Positions 46,089 to 56,499 of a stretch of 64,000 nucleotides of DNA are shown in pieces; position 1 is the first letter of the stretch; each line of letters begins with the position of its first letter. Origin of the DNA: Candidatus Omnitrophota bacterium (GTDB taxonomy: Bacteria; Omnitrophota; Gorgyraeia; Zapsychrales; Fredricksoniimonadaceae); contig JBGAJA010000001.1 of assembly GCA_044225175.1 (NCBI GenBank), forward strand, positions 134,994-198,993. The letters are read 5' to 3'. The notes beneath the pieces were generated by a model that saw only the letters and a program-made list of their open reading frames with translations, ran no database searches and was not told the origin of the DNA. The position numbers and the translations under genes are program-made.

Positions 46089-48213
46089 ACAAAAATTTTT
46101 ACGACTTAATTCTTCCTTTTTTTGGATGATTTTGAGTTTTGCTATTTGGATCTTTGCTTTTAGAGGATTTTTGGCCTCCAAGCTTGCCATTGTAGATGAT
46201 GCTGTCCCCTATCAAGATCACACGAGATTTTTTATAGAAAATATTGCAAAAGGTGTTTTGCCTCTTTGGGATCCATTTTGGTTTCAGGGTGTGTCCAATG
46301 ATTTCTTTTTACGACGATTAGGTATCATAAACCCGCTTTATTACGGCATTCTTTTCTTTGAAGCATTTGGAATTCCTTATAAATTAGCTTACATATGGAC
46401 GATGGCAGGTAATTATCTTGGTGGGACGGTGGCTTTTTATTTATTGGCCATGCGGGTTTTTAACCATCGTTTAATTGCCTATGGTGGCTTTCTCATTCTT
46501 TTATTTTCTGCTTTGGGAACAAGGCTATTTGATTCTTATATGATGCTGGTTGCTGTACCTTTTATTTGGTTTTTTTACTTTCTTGTCGCATTCACTCAGA
46601 CTCCCAGAATAAATTTCTTTCTTGGTATTTGCTTATCTTTCATGATATTAGCGAGCACCTATATTCCTTTTTATTTTATTTTTTTCTTTGGAATTTTTCT
46701 GGTCATTTTCACTCTTTTCTATTTTAAATCTATTCCAGAAATATTATCTAAATACGCTCAATTCTTTAGGTCGAACAAGTTGTTAGTTGTTATCTCCGGG
46801 CTTATTGTTCTATTTTCTTTTGTTCCGCTCTTAGAGTTTTATCATTACTCGTCTAAAGGACAAATTGTTCTACCAGGACGACATGGTACTTCTGAGGCTA
46901 GCGAGATCTTAACAGTTCCTTCTTGGACGTATAAATGGGGGGCAATGGAGGACATCTATTACTCTTCTTATTTTACTGATTTAAGATCATATAAATTTGC
47001 AATTATCTACATACCATTTTTTGTCTGCATTCTCTTAGGATTGGGGCTGTTTTGTCGAAACACGGTAAGAACAGCCTTTATATTTACACTGGGAATAGTT
47101 TCATTGCTTTCTATTTTGCCTTTTGGGTTACCATTTTTCCCTTTTTTCTATAAATATATTTTCTTTTTAAAATATTTTCGAAATCTGCATTTTTTCTTGT
47201 GGTTTGTGCTTATTCCATTGTTTATTTTGTTCGCTCTAGAGAATTGGTCCTTATTTGAAAAGCTCAGGGAAGGAAAGGCTATTAAGAAGAAATTTCTTCT
47301 ATTGTATGTATTGGCTGTCCATCTTTTGGCTGTTTTATTTGTGTGGTACAAAGGAACGCCACTGATAACCACTTATTTGATGCTTATTTTAAGTCTTATA
47401 TTCTGGGTTATAGTTGTTTGGAAAGATTTTAAAAATGATTTCTGGAAATTCTTAATATTAACTGCAGTTGTTGTTATACAGCCGCTAGAAGTCTATTCAT
47501 ACCTATCTCTTAGAGCCTTACAGGCACCTAAAGATTATGGGTATAGATTTTCATTTCAGAAATTAGATCTTCAGGAATATCTTGAAATCCCTTCTAAAGA
47601 GAATTTGCCTATTAAGAAATCAGCGATATATTATGCCAATAAAAATTATGATGCTCTTTATGAGAATATTGATATGTATTCTTTTTTGAAATATAACCAA
47701 AGCAAATTCTTGTTAGTAGATCATTTAGTCGTTATAGATCCTAAGAAAGTCAATTTTGTTATTTTAGGTAAACAATTTTTAAATAATGAAAATAGGGCCT
47801 TTGTTTTTGCAGATCCATCTGCAAACATAAAGAAGCAAAGTAATGATCCTTCTGATCGACTGCAGGCAGTACAGATCACTCAAGAGGATGATCGTTTTAA
47901 AATCCTGTCTTTTAATGCTAATACTGTGAAGATTTTCATAGATGTTCCTTATGAGAAATTTCTTATTTATAACGATAGTTACGATTCTCATTGGCAGGCT
48001 TTTGTTAATGGAAAAAAGACCCCTATTTATCAAACGAACGTTGCTTTTAAGGGGATTTGGCTTCCTGCAGGTAAGAGTATTGTTGAATTCAAATATGGTT
48101 TTTGGTGGCAGTATGCCATGAACATCTTCTTAATGGTCTCTTCGGTTGTTATTCTTATGGGGATTATCTGGTCCTCTAGGGATTTAATATTTTGTAAGGT
48201 AAAAGATCAATGA
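46081..48213 (+). CDS. YfhO-family membrane protein
   Basis: PLWDPFWFQG; C-terminal YDSHWQAFVNGK..N..FKGI..PAG. Confidence 0.7.
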   Translation: MIKQKFLRLNSSFFWMILSFAIWIFAFRGFLASKLAIVDDAVPYQDHTRFFIENIAKGVLPLWDPFWFQGVSNDFFLRRLGIINPLYYGILFFEAFGIPYKLAYIWTMAGNYLGGTVAFYLLAMRVFNHRLIAYGGFLILLFSALGTRLFDSYMMLVAVPFIWFFYFLVAFTQTPRINFFLGICLSFMILASTYIPFYFIFFFGIFLVIFTLFYFKSIPEILSKYAQFFRSNKLLVVISGLIVLFSFVPLLEFYHYSSKGQIVLPGRHGTSEASEILTVPSWTYKWGAMEDIYYSSYFTDLRSYKFAIIYIPFFVCILLGLGLFCRNTVRTAFIFTLGIVSLLSILPFGLPFFPFFYKYIFFLKYFRNLHFFLWFVLIPLFILFALENWSLFEKLREGKAIKKKFLLLYVLAVHLLAVLFVWYKGTPLITTYLMLILSLIFWVIVVWKDFKNDFWKFLILTAVVVIQPLEVYSYLSLRALQAPKDYGYRFSFQKLDLQEYLEIPSKENLPIKKSAIYYANKNYDALYENIDMYSFLKYNQSKFLLVDHLVVIDPKKVNFVILGKQFLNNENRAFVFADPSANIKKQSNDPSDRLQAVQITQEDDRFKILSFNANTVKIFIDVPYEKFLIYNDSYDSHWQAFVNGKKTPIYQTNVAFKGIWLPAGKSIVEFKYGFWWQYAMNIFLMVSSVVILMGIIWSSRDLIFCKVKDQ

Positions 48214-49130
48214 TTCTTCAATTTATAAAGATTTTTGCAACAAGAACAATTTTTATGTATTTAGTATGTGCATTGATTGTTTGGCGAATTTTAGATTATC
48301 CTGTTTTTAAGAAGAATGCTGTAGAACAAAGCATGAATCGTTTGCCTCCTTTAGTGAATTATTTTAAAGATTTTGTTCAGAACAAAGGTCCTTATGATTC
48401 TTTTTTGTTGAGCCGGTGCATTGTTTATCATCAAAAGGTGGTTGATTTTTTTCCTTTCGAAAGAGCTGAAGCTTATTCTATCTTGGGTTATCTTTATGAT
48501 CTTAGCGGAGATTCTCAAAAGGCAATTAAGGCCTACAAGGCTTGCTTGGACTTGAATCCGAATTACTTCTGGCCTTGGTATAATTTAGGAATCGGGGCAT
48601 TTAAAAAAGGCAATTATTCTAAAGCAGTTGAATATTTTCAAACTGCACTCGAGAGAAATGTTAACATTAATATGCTTCTTTTGATACGAGCCAAAGTCTA
48701 CTCTGATATCCGATTAACGGACGCAAATTTTACAAACTATGATTTTGAACAGGCTATTGATGAAGGGCGGGAAAATTCCTACATTTTTTTGATGGAGAGT
48801 TTATTTAAGCTAGGACAATATCCCAAGATTTTTAATGTAGCCATGCTTGGTTTAAAAGAAGAACATGTTTCACATCCAGACATCTTTTATTTTTACGCGG
48901 GGAAAGCTGCATATCATCAGAAAATGTATGGTGAAGCTTTCTCAGTGTTGGAACTAGCCCTTAAGAATAATCCGGTAAATTCTGATGCAATATATTATGC
49001 AGCCTTGACTTTGGATAATATGGGAAGAAAAAGTGAGGCTGCAGAATATTATAAAAAAGCACAAGACCTGCAAGCATTGGGTGGGTCTATCATTGATCAA
49101 CATTTAAAAGCTGGGGTCAGATTTTATTAA
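48210..49130 (+). CDS. TPR repeat protein
   Basis: AYSILG..A..Y..L.LNP and YNLG..GNY..A..YF repeats. Confidence 0.75.
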   Translation: MILQFIKIFATRTIFMYLVCALIVWRILDYPVFKKNAVEQSMNRLPPLVNYFKDFVQNKGPYDSFLLSRCIVYHQKVVDFFPFERAEAYSILGYLYDLSGDSQKAIKAYKACLDLNPNYFWPWYNLGIGAFKKGNYSKAVEYFQTALERNVNINMLLLIRAKVYSDIRLTDANFTNYDFEQAIDEGRENSYIFLMESLFKLGQYPKIFNVAMLGLKEEHVSHPDIFYFYAGKAAYHQKMYGEAFSVLELALKNNPVNSDAIYYAALTLDNMGRKSEAAEYYKKAQDLQALGGSIIDQHLKAGVRFY

Positions 49131-49131
49131 T

Positions 49132-49827
49132 ATGAAATATCAAGATGTAGTTGATGAATTTAAGAAAAGGTCTAGTGATAAAAAAGCAGTTCTTTCACAA
49201 AGATTCTTTAAAACCGCTTCAGGAGAATATGGTTATGGGGATGTCTTTTGGGGAATCTCTGTTCCTCAAAATAGATTGATTTCTAAGAAGTTCAAAGATC
49301 TGCCCTTGAAAGATATTGTTAAATTAGTAGAACATGATGTGCATGAAATTAGGCTTTGCGGTTTATTAATTCTTATTGATCAATACAAAAGCCAGCCTAA
49401 ACAGGTTTTTCAGACCTATATTGCTAATAAGAAAAGGATCAATAATTGGGATTTGGTTGATTTAAGTGCTGATAAAATTGTGGGCGCTTATTTGGAGAAT
49501 AACTCTAAAAAAATTCTCTATGATCTTGCGCAATCGAAAAGTCTCTGGGATCGCAGGATAGCTATTGTTTCTACTTTTTATTACATCAAAAGAGGTTGTT
49601 CCAAAGAAACATTTAAAATAGCAGATATATTATTAAATGATAAAGAAGATTTGATTCATAAGGCTGTAGGATGGATGTTAAGAGAAGTGGGAAAACGCTG
49701 CAGTACAGAAGAGCTAGAGATTTATTTGAGAGAACGTTATAAGAAAATGCCGCGTACAATGCTACGTTATGCTATTGAACGTTTTTCTATGAATATGAGA
49801 AAGAAGTATCTTGCAGGTCAAATTTAA
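49132..49827 (+). CDS. alkD: DNA alkylation repair protein (AlkD-like)
   Basis: NNWDLVD, LWDRR, HKAVGWMLRE, MPRTMLRYAIE. Confidence 0.85.
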   Translation: MKYQDVVDEFKKRSSDKKAVLSQRFFKTASGEYGYGDVFWGISVPQNRLISKKFKDLPLKDIVKLVEHDVHEIRLCGLLILIDQYKSQPKQVFQTYIANKKRINNWDLVDLSADKIVGAYLENNSKKILYDLAQSKSLWDRRIAIVSTFYYIKRGCSKETFKIADILLNDKEDLIHKAVGWMLREVGKRCSTEELEIYLRERYKKMPRTMLRYAIERFSMNMRKKYLAGQI

Positions 49828-49838
49828 GGAGTTTTACG

Positions 49839-50096
49839 ATGAATTGGGATAGAACGACAAAAGAAAATTTTGATAAAATGATAGAAAAGGTGCCTGTTTT
49901 TATGCGGTCTTTGGCTCAAGAAACAGTTTCTAAGAAGATAGAAAGTCTTGCTCAGAAACTAGGTAATAGTGAAGTGACTGAGAAGGATATGGTGGATGGT
50001 TTCTTTTTGGCGACACCTTTTGGGTTTCATGGGCCAATGAAAGAAGATTTGGAATCTTTAGGGGTTGATTATACAAAATATGGATATGATCAATGA
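49839..50096 (+). CDS. Small PCP-reductase/DUF2621-like protein
   Basis: W..E..KVPVFMR..A...IE..A....EVT pattern. Confidence 0.6.
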   Translation: MNWDRTTKENFDKMIEKVPVFMRSLAQETVSKKIESLAQKLGNSEVTEKDMVDGFFLATPFGFHGPMKEDLESLGVDYTKYGYDQ

Positions 50097-50176
50097 TTGA
50101 AGTTATAAATATTTGCAAGAAAGGGTTTAAAAGGTTATATTAAAAACTCTTTATAGGAATATGGAATTGATTTCTT

Positions 50177-51097
50177 ATGTTAAAAAAATATATTTTAAAT
50201 AACGGTCGTTTAAAAGAAACGATTGAGAGCAAAGCTGATATCTTTGTTTATATTGATCCCGATGATAAAGAAAAAGCTAGCTTAGTCTCATTTCTTTTGG
50301 TTGATGAGCATACGTTAAATTCCTCTTTGGATCCGGATGAATTGGGCCGTGTGGAATTTGAAGCAGAGCACGTGGCAGCCATTGTTAAGCGTCCTAAGAA
50401 ATATTGTCAGAATGATAATTTTGTTTTCAAAATTTCCTCCACAGGGCTTTTTTTATTTTCAGATAAGTTGGTGGTGGTTCTCAGTGAGGAAGATATTAAT
50501 TGGGATGCCAGGGTATTCGGTAGATTAAACTCGATTAAAGACATCTTCCTGAGAATTATTTATCATTACGTAATCCATTTTGAAGAACATCTTAAGGTTA
50601 TTCGTAAGATATCCGAAGAACTAGAAGGAGAGATTAATCAAGCTGTAACTAATAAAGATCTCCTGCACATGTTTAAATTAACTAAGGGCCTTGTTTATTA
50701 TTTGGATGCTATCAACTCTAATAGTAAAGTGATTGAAAGGCTTAAAATTCATTCTCCTAAGATTTCATTTGATCAAACGATGAATGATTTTCTGGACGAT
50801 CTTATTATTGAAAGTTCTCAATGTTATCAACAAGCTGATTCCTACATGGACGTTTTGTCAGGAATGACAGATGCTTTAGCATCAATCATTAATAATAATC
50901 TTAATATTCGCCTTAAACGTCTTACAGTTGTCTCCATTTGTATTATGACTCCCACCTTTGTCGTAAGTCTATTTTCTATGAATGTTCCTTTACCTTTACC
51001 CCAGACAGGGACATTATTTTCGTTTTGGGTGGTTATGAGTATGTCTGCTGTTTCTGTGATTGCATTATTAATTGTGGGTCAGTTTAAAAAACTATGA
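50177..51097 (+). CDS. corA: CorA-family Mg2+ transporter
   Basis: LDPDE, ASIINNNLN, PT..SLFSMN (GMN variant). Confidence 0.85.
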   Translation: MLKKYILNNGRLKETIESKADIFVYIDPDDKEKASLVSFLLVDEHTLNSSLDPDELGRVEFEAEHVAAIVKRPKKYCQNDNFVFKISSTGLFLFSDKLVVVLSEEDINWDARVFGRLNSIKDIFLRIIYHYVIHFEEHLKVIRKISEELEGEINQAVTNKDLLHMFKLTKGLVYYLDAINSNSKVIERLKIHSPKISFDQTMNDFLDDLIIESSQCYQQADSYMDVLSGMTDALASIINNNLNIRLKRLTVVSICIMTPTFVVSLFSMNVPLPLPQTGTLFSFWVVMSMSAVSVIALLIVGQFKKL

Positions 51098-51408
51098 TTA
51101 GAATTGCCGCAGTCTATCCTCGCGAACAAGGAAAAAAGTTTGATGCAGAGTATTATGTGCATACTCATTTGCCTTTAGTTCAAAAGAAATTTTCTCCTTA
51201 TGGCTTAACTAAAATTGAAGTTGATCGAGGGTTAGAAACACCAGGTAGAGGAGAATCTCCATTTTTTGCAATTGGATACCTGTACTTTAAAGATTTAGAT
51301 GGTTTTAGACAGGCTTATGCCGCCGTAGGAGCGGGGGTCATCGCAGATATCTCCAAATATACGGATGTTAAGCCTATGATTCAAGTTGGAGAAATAATAG
51401 AGTGTTAA
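51094..51408 (+). CDS. EthD family protein
   Basis: FDAEYY..HLPL, D...YTDVKP. Confidence 0.82.
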   Translation: MIRIAAVYPREQGKKFDAEYYVHTHLPLVQKKFSPYGLTKIEVDRGLETPGRGESPFFAIGYLYFKDLDGFRQAYAAVGAGVIADISKYTDVKPMIQVGEIIEC

Positions 51409-51409
51409 T

Positions 51410-52633
51410 GTGAAGAAACAATCCTTCCTTCAAGCTTACAATTCCTCAATCATTTTAATTATTGCTATTGTTATTGGGTCTATCCTTGGTTTTATGTTAA
51501 AAGAACAGGCGGTTATTCTTAAACCGTTGGGTGATGTTTTTTTGAATCTACTTTTTACTGTTGTTGTTCCTCTAGTTTTTTTTTCTATTTCTTCTTCTGT
51601 AGCTCAAATGACAGATATCAAGCGTTTAGGTAAGATCGTATCCGCCATGCTTGTAGTATTTCTTGTTACGGGAATAGGCGCTTCTATTCTTATGATTATA
51701 GGTGTTAAATTTTATCCTCCAACCTTAGGAAGCCAATTCGCCTTTAACCATCCTATGAATGCAGAGCATGCTGATATTGCCTCCCAGATTGTGCGAACAT
51801 TAACAGTTTCAGATTTTATGGACTTGTTCTCCAAGAAGAACATGTTGGCTTTGATTATTTTTTCATTTCTCATAGGATTAGCAACTTCGGCTGTAGGTGA
51901 CAGGGGAAGATATTTCGCGCAATTTTTAGTTGCAGGAAATGAAGTAATGACGAAAGTCATAGGATATGTGATGCTGTATGCACCGATCGGTCTTGGAGCT
52001 TATTTTGCATACTTAGTCGGGACACTAGGGGCACAATTATTTGGTTCATATTTTCGTGCGATGGCGCTTTATTATCCATTAGCGCTTATATATTTTGCTG
52101 TGGGATCAACTTTTTATGTATGGCTTGCTGGAGGCAGGCAAGCTATCGATGTGTTTTGGAAGAATATTATTCCGCCAGCATTGACAGCCTGGGGAACGGG
52201 AAGTGGCCTGGCGACGCTGCCGATCAATCTTGAGGCTGCTAGAAAAATAGGGATCCCTGATGATGTGAGGCAGGTTGTTGTTAATATGGGGGCCTCTATA
52301 CATAGCGATGGTTCATGTTTAGCAGCGGTTATGAAGATCGCTTTGTTGTTTGGCATTTTTGGTGTTCCTTTTACAGGTATTGAGACATATGTATCTGTTA
52401 TTGCAGTAGCTCTATTATGTGGCACAGTGATCAGTGGTATTCCTTCAGGAGGCATGTTAGGGGAGCTTCTCATTATTACTATGTTTGGATTTCCAATTGA
52501 AGCTATGCCTATTATTACCATGCTAGGAACATTAGTTGATCCGCCAGCAACTATGATCAATGTTGTTGGTGATAATGTGGGTGGTATGTTAGTTTCAAGG
52601 ATGATTAATGGTAAACGCTGGATGGAAAAGTAG
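51410..52633 (+). CDS. Dicarboxylate/amino acid:cation symporter
   Basis: PLVFFSI, YAPIG, ATLP, DG, T..NV.GD motifs. Confidence 0.88.
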   Translation: MKKQSFLQAYNSSIILIIAIVIGSILGFMLKEQAVILKPLGDVFLNLLFTVVVPLVFFSISSSVAQMTDIKRLGKIVSAMLVVFLVTGIGASILMIIGVKFYPPTLGSQFAFNHPMNAEHADIASQIVRTLTVSDFMDLFSKKNMLALIIFSFLIGLATSAVGDRGRYFAQFLVAGNEVMTKVIGYVMLYAPIGLGAYFAYLVGTLGAQLFGSYFRAMALYYPLALIYFAVGSTFYVWLAGGRQAIDVFWKNIIPPALTAWGTGSGLATLPINLEAARKIGIPDDVRQVVVNMGASIHSDGSCLAAVMKIALLFGIFGVPFTGIETYVSVIAVALLCGTVISGIPSGGMLGELLIITMFGFPIEAMPIITMLGTLVDPPATMINVVGDNVGGMLVSRMINGKRWMEK

Positions 52634-52654
52634 TATAAAAAGATTGGGATTATC

Positions 52655-53440
52655 ATGAATCCAATAATCCTGTTAATTATATTTTTTTTTAGTCCTTTTG
52701 CTTGGGGGCAAGAGATTGTCTCTTCATCTTCGTCCAATCCTACGCAAATCCTCTTTAAAGAAGCTCTTTCTGCTAAAGAAAAAGGATATTTTCTTAAAGC
52801 CCGTTGGGATTTAGAGAAAATTCTAAAAAATTCTCCTGATTTTTCTCAAATTAATGAAGTCCACGATCAATGGGCCCGTGTGATGTGGAAAATAATCCAT
52901 TTAAATATTTCAACACCTGAGACTGATATCTACGAGGTCAAGAATGGCGACACCATTAGGAAAATTGCTAAGAAATTTGGAACAACGGTTGAGCTTATTA
53001 AAAAGAGAAACCGTCTCAAGGACAATAAGATTAGGGTACATCAAGAACTATCACTTTGGGTTACTCCTTTGATCATCCATGTTAATAAAAAAACAAATCA
53101 GCTTAGAGTCGTTTTGAAAGGCAAAACTATTAAAACTTTCCCCGTTTCTACGGGAAAATCTGAGACCACAACACCATTAGGACAATTTGTGATTCAAGAG
53201 CGTTATCCAAATCCTGTTTGGTTTCATCATGGAGAAATTGTTCCAGCCGGCAGTCCAGATAATTTTCTAGGAACACGGTGGTTAGGTTTCAATATTCCTA
53301 AATATGGAATTCATGGGACCATTTATCCCGAATTAATTGGTCAGTCAGTATCCGGTGGTTGTATAAGAATGAAAAATGCAGATGTGGAAGAACTGTACGA
53401 TGTGATTCCTGTGGGGACGAAGGTTATTATAGAGGACTAA
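52655..53440 (+). CDS. LysM + L,D-transpeptidase (YkuD) protein
   Basis: YEVKNGDT LysM; YGIHGT..SGGCIRM. Confidence 0.9.
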   Translation: MNPIILLIIFFFSPFAWGQEIVSSSSSNPTQILFKEALSAKEKGYFLKARWDLEKILKNSPDFSQINEVHDQWARVMWKIIHLNISTPETDIYEVKNGDTIRKIAKKFGTTVELIKKRNRLKDNKIRVHQELSLWVTPLIIHVNKKTNQLRVVLKGKTIKTFPVSTGKSETTTPLGQFVIQERYPNPVWFHHGEIVPAGSPDNFLGTRWLGFNIPKYGIHGTIYPELIGQSVSGGCIRMKNADVEELYDVIPVGTKVIIED

Positions 53441-53442
53441 TA

Positions 53443-54030
53443 GTGAAGAAGAAAGAAGCGCAACTTAAAACGTTAAGAGCATTAATGGAAAAGGCGGAAT
53501 TGCCTTTAAAGAAGACGGCGCATACTCTCGTCTTTGGTGAAGGAAGTCCTGATGCAAAAATATTTTTTATTGGAGAAGCTCCAGGTAAGAATGAAGACCT
53601 TAAAGGACTACCTTTTATTGGCAGTGCAGGAAAGATTTTAGATCAACTTCTTTGCTCAATTAATTTAAATAGAGCAGATATATTTATCAGTAGTATTTTA
53701 AAATATCGTCCTCCTCATAATCGCAACCCTAGCTTGTCAGAAATCGTAGCGCATACTCCGTACTTGATTGATCAAATAAGAATTATTCGACCTCATGTAA
53801 TTGTGCCTCTTGGAAATTTTGCGACACGGTTTGTTTTAAGTGGTTTTGATGTCAAAAAGATGTCTGCAATTCCAGGGATTTCTGCCTTACATGGTAAGGT
53901 CGAGCAAATAAATTTTGAAAACATGAGTTTTTCAGTTATGGCTTTGTATCATCCCGCAGCTGTCCTCTATAACTCGTCTTTGCGTAAGGTTCTACAAAAG
54001 GACTTTCAGCTAATTAAAAAAGTAATTTAA
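53443..54030 (+). CDS. Uracil-DNA glycosylase family 4
   Basis: GEAPG, PFIGSAG, RPP.NR, YHPAA; GTG start after the preceding stop. Confidence 0.85.
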   Translation: MKKKEAQLKTLRALMEKAELPLKKTAHTLVFGEGSPDAKIFFIGEAPGKNEDLKGLPFIGSAGKILDQLLCSINLNRADIFISSILKYRPPHNRNPSLSEIVAHTPYLIDQIRIIRPHVIVPLGNFATRFVLSGFDVKKMSAIPGISALHGKVEQINFENMSFSVMALYHPAAVLYNSSLRKVLQKDFQLIKKVI

Positions 54031-54250
54031 TTCTATATTCATCTTCTGTTTATTTTTCAATGATTAATCTGGATTTAACGGGAGGTTAATCTATGAGAAT
54101 ACATTACCTCAGGTTGTATTTAATGGGTATGAATGGTTAGGGGAGACAAAGTGGTATTTCGTTATTAATTGCTCCTGACAGTAAATGGTAGTTGTGTTAT
54201 ACTTTTTCTTTTGCTTGTCTGTTAGATGATGATATTGAAAGGAAAGTTGT

Positions 54251-54769
54251 ATGAATATGTTTGTGGCAATTATTCCGTTGTTTTTGTTGGTTTTTCTTGT
54301 TGCTGGAGTTGTGGATGTTAAAAGAATTCGTAAAGAAGCTGATATAAAGACTACTAATGTTGATATCGTAGCTAGGAATATCTCGGATCTTCAGATTCTT
54401 GATATAGAAAATAATAAAGACGTCGGAAGATGGAGCAAGGCTGGTTTCGAAAGAATGATTGAAAGAAAGCAAAAGATCTATCAACTCCTTAAAGCAACTA
54501 CGATGACAAATGAGGAAATTGAGCAAAAAGTTAAAATTATTGATGGGAGCATCATAAAAGATTTAGAATTTCAATTTGATCTTGAACTACAAGATCCTTC
54601 TTTTCTTCCTTCCACTCTTGAGGAGGAAAGAAAGGAAGTTGTTAATACAATTCATCAACTATTAAAAGATTCTATGATTGTTAAACTTAAAGATTACCTC
54701 GCCTCTAAGGATCTGTATCATTCTAGCCTGAAGGAAATTATCAATGCTATTCAATTACTTAAATCATAG
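54251..54769 (+). CDS. Hypothetical protein with N-terminal membrane anchor
   Basis: AAAGGA SD; hydrophobic N-terminus. Confidence 0.5.
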   Translation: MNMFVAIIPLFLLVFLVAGVVDVKRIRKEADIKTTNVDIVARNISDLQILDIENNKDVGRWSKAGFERMIERKQKIYQLLKATTMTNEEIEQKVKIIDGSIIKDLEFQFDLELQDPSFLPSTLEEERKEVVNTIHQLLKDSMIVKLKDYLASKDLYHSSLKEIINAIQLLKS

Positions 54770-54790
54770 TCATTTCATTAAGGGAATAAT

Positions 54791-55171
54791 ATGACCAATC
54801 AGAAGAATGTTTTAGGTGGATTGCTTCAATCTTGCTGTAAGTTTCCCATGACAGGATTTTATCGGGATGGATATTGTCATACCGGTGTGGAAGATATTGG
54901 TCGACATGTTGTTTGTATCAGAGTTACGCTTGAGTTTTTGGAATTTTCTAAAAATGCTGGTAATGATCTTTCAACCCCAATGCCACAGGCAGACTTTCCA
55001 GGACTTATTGAGGGAGACCAATGGTGCTTATGTGCTTTGCGCTGGCAAGAAGCTTTTGAAGTTGGGGCTGCTCCTAAGGTAGTACTAGAGTCTACTCATG
55101 AATCTGCCCTAGAGGTTTTAAAGCTTGAAGATTTGAAAAAACATGCGTTTCAAGAGAACTTGCAGTTTTAA
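54791..55171 (+). CDS. DUF2237 family protein
   Basis: TGFYRDGYC, GNDLSTP, WCLCALRW. Confidence 0.88.
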   Translation: MTNQKNVLGGLLQSCCKFPMTGFYRDGYCHTGVEDIGRHVVCIRVTLEFLEFSKNAGNDLSTPMPQADFPGLIEGDQWCLCALRWQEAFEVGAAPKVVLESTHESALEVLKLEDLKKHAFQENLQF

Positions 55172-55194
55172 GCGAATCTAAGAAAGGAAATGAG

Positions 55195-55842
55195 ATGGGA
55201 AAAATTATTTTTAATGTAGTTTTAGTGTGTTCTTTTTTAGTAATGGGAACTATAAGTTTTAGCGCAAATGTCAAGATGACTAAAGAAGACTTTGAAAAAA
55301 TGAAAACAAATATGCCGGCAATGTCGGAAGAGCAAAAAGTTATGCAGGCGAGAATGATGGATTATACAACTCCTAATAGCAATCATGAGGTGCTTAAATC
55401 TTGGGTTGGATCATGGAAAGCGGAAGTGAAGTTTTGGATGGACCCTAAAGCCCCTGCAGAAGTCTCGCAAGGAACAAGTGAGAACAAATTGGTTATGGGA
55501 GGGCGTTTTTTGGAAGAGACATATAATGGAAGCATGATGGGAAAAGCATTTGAAGGTCGTGGTCTAATCGGATATGACAATTTACGTAAGCAATACACTA
55601 GTCTATGGTTTGATAATATGGCAACGGGTATCATGATAAGTTCTGCTAAATATGATCCTACAGCTAAAAAATTGACGGAAGAAGGCAGTATGTCCTGTCC
55701 TATTACTCAGGAAGCCCATCGCTGGTATAAGGCTGTGACGACATGGGTTGATGCAGATCACTATACGTATGAATCTTTTATGAAGGATAAAGATGGTAAA
55801 GAATTTAGGGGAATGATGATTAATTATTCTCGTTCTAAGTAA
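55195..55842 (+). CDS. DUF1579 family exported protein
   Basis: H..L...VGSW, GGRFL, FEGRG..GYDN, WFDNM. Confidence 0.75.
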   Translation: MGKIIFNVVLVCSFLVMGTISFSANVKMTKEDFEKMKTNMPAMSEEQKVMQARMMDYTTPNSNHEVLKSWVGSWKAEVKFWMDPKAPAEVSQGTSENKLVMGGRFLEETYNGSMMGKAFEGRGLIGYDNLRKQYTSLWFDNMATGIMISSAKYDPTAKKLTEEGSMSCPITQEAHRWYKAVTTWVDADHYTYESFMKDKDGKEFRGMMINYSRSK

Positions 55843-55852
55843 TAAACTTGCT

Positions 55853-55889
55853 GACGGACACCTCTTAATGAGGGTGTCCGTTATTTTTT
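55853..55889 (+). terminator. Intrinsic terminator
   Basis: GACGGACACCTC..GAGGGTGTCCGTT stem followed by T6. Confidence 0.65.
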
Positions 55890-55908
55890 CTAAGGAGATT
55901 CTAATTAT

Positions 55909-56439
55909 ATGTTAAAGATTATTTTTATTTGTGTGCTTGTTATTATTATGGGTTTAGTTGTTATTGTTAATATGCAGCCCAATGAATTTAAAGTCACTCG
56001 ATCACTAGCTATATCAGCACCTCCCTCTGCAATTTTTGTGCATGTCAATAATCTGCATAATTGGAATGGTTGGTCTCCTTGGTCCAAGATGGATCCCAAT
56101 TCTAAAGCAATTTATCAAGGTCCTGTAGAAGGGGTTGGAGCTGGTTTCAAATGGGAGGGTAACGATAAGGTTGGTGTTGGAATTATGACAATTACAGAGA
56201 GTCGCCCTAATGAGTATGTGGAGTTTCATCTGGAATTTATTAAGCCTTTTACAGCTACAAATATTGCTGAGTTCACATTTAAGCCTCAAGGTAGTGAAAC
56301 TATTGTAACCTGGAGTATGTCAGGACAAAATAATTTTATAGGTAAGGCCATGGGACTTATTATGAATTGTGACAAGTTAGTTGGTGACCAATTTGAAAAA
56401 GGTCTGACAGATTTGAAATCGGTAGTTGAAAATAAATAA
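55909..56439 (+). CDS. SRPBCC/polyketide cyclase family protein
   Basis: WSPW..DP, G.GA.F.W.GN, T.VTW.M.G. Confidence 0.82.
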   Translation: MLKIIFICVLVIIMGLVVIVNMQPNEFKVTRSLAISAPPSAIFVHVNNLHNWNGWSPWSKMDPNSKAIYQGPVEGVGAGFKWEGNDKVGVGIMTITESRPNEYVEFHLEFIKPFTATNIAEFTFKPQGSETIVTWSMSGQNNFIGKAMGLIMNCDKLVGDQFEKGLTDLKSVVENK

Positions 56440-56499
56440 GAAGTGTCAAAGGTTCGGTTGAAATAGCCTGAATTTACAAAAGCCAAAGGATGATAAATA

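Noticed and set aside
52114-52737. 207-aa minus-strand ORF and other short antisense or alternate-frame ORFs
   Set aside because: Shadows of well-supported + strand genes with no recognisable motifs
53359-53442. Cys-rich N-terminal extension of UDG (CRCG..CDSC) as Fe-S ligands
   Set aside because: It is the alternate frame of the upstream transpeptidase gene; the real start is likely GTG 53443
54093-54140. 15-codon ORF with a strong GGAGGT SD
   Set aside because: Too short and with no recognisable motif or attenuator structure; cannot be supported from sequence alone
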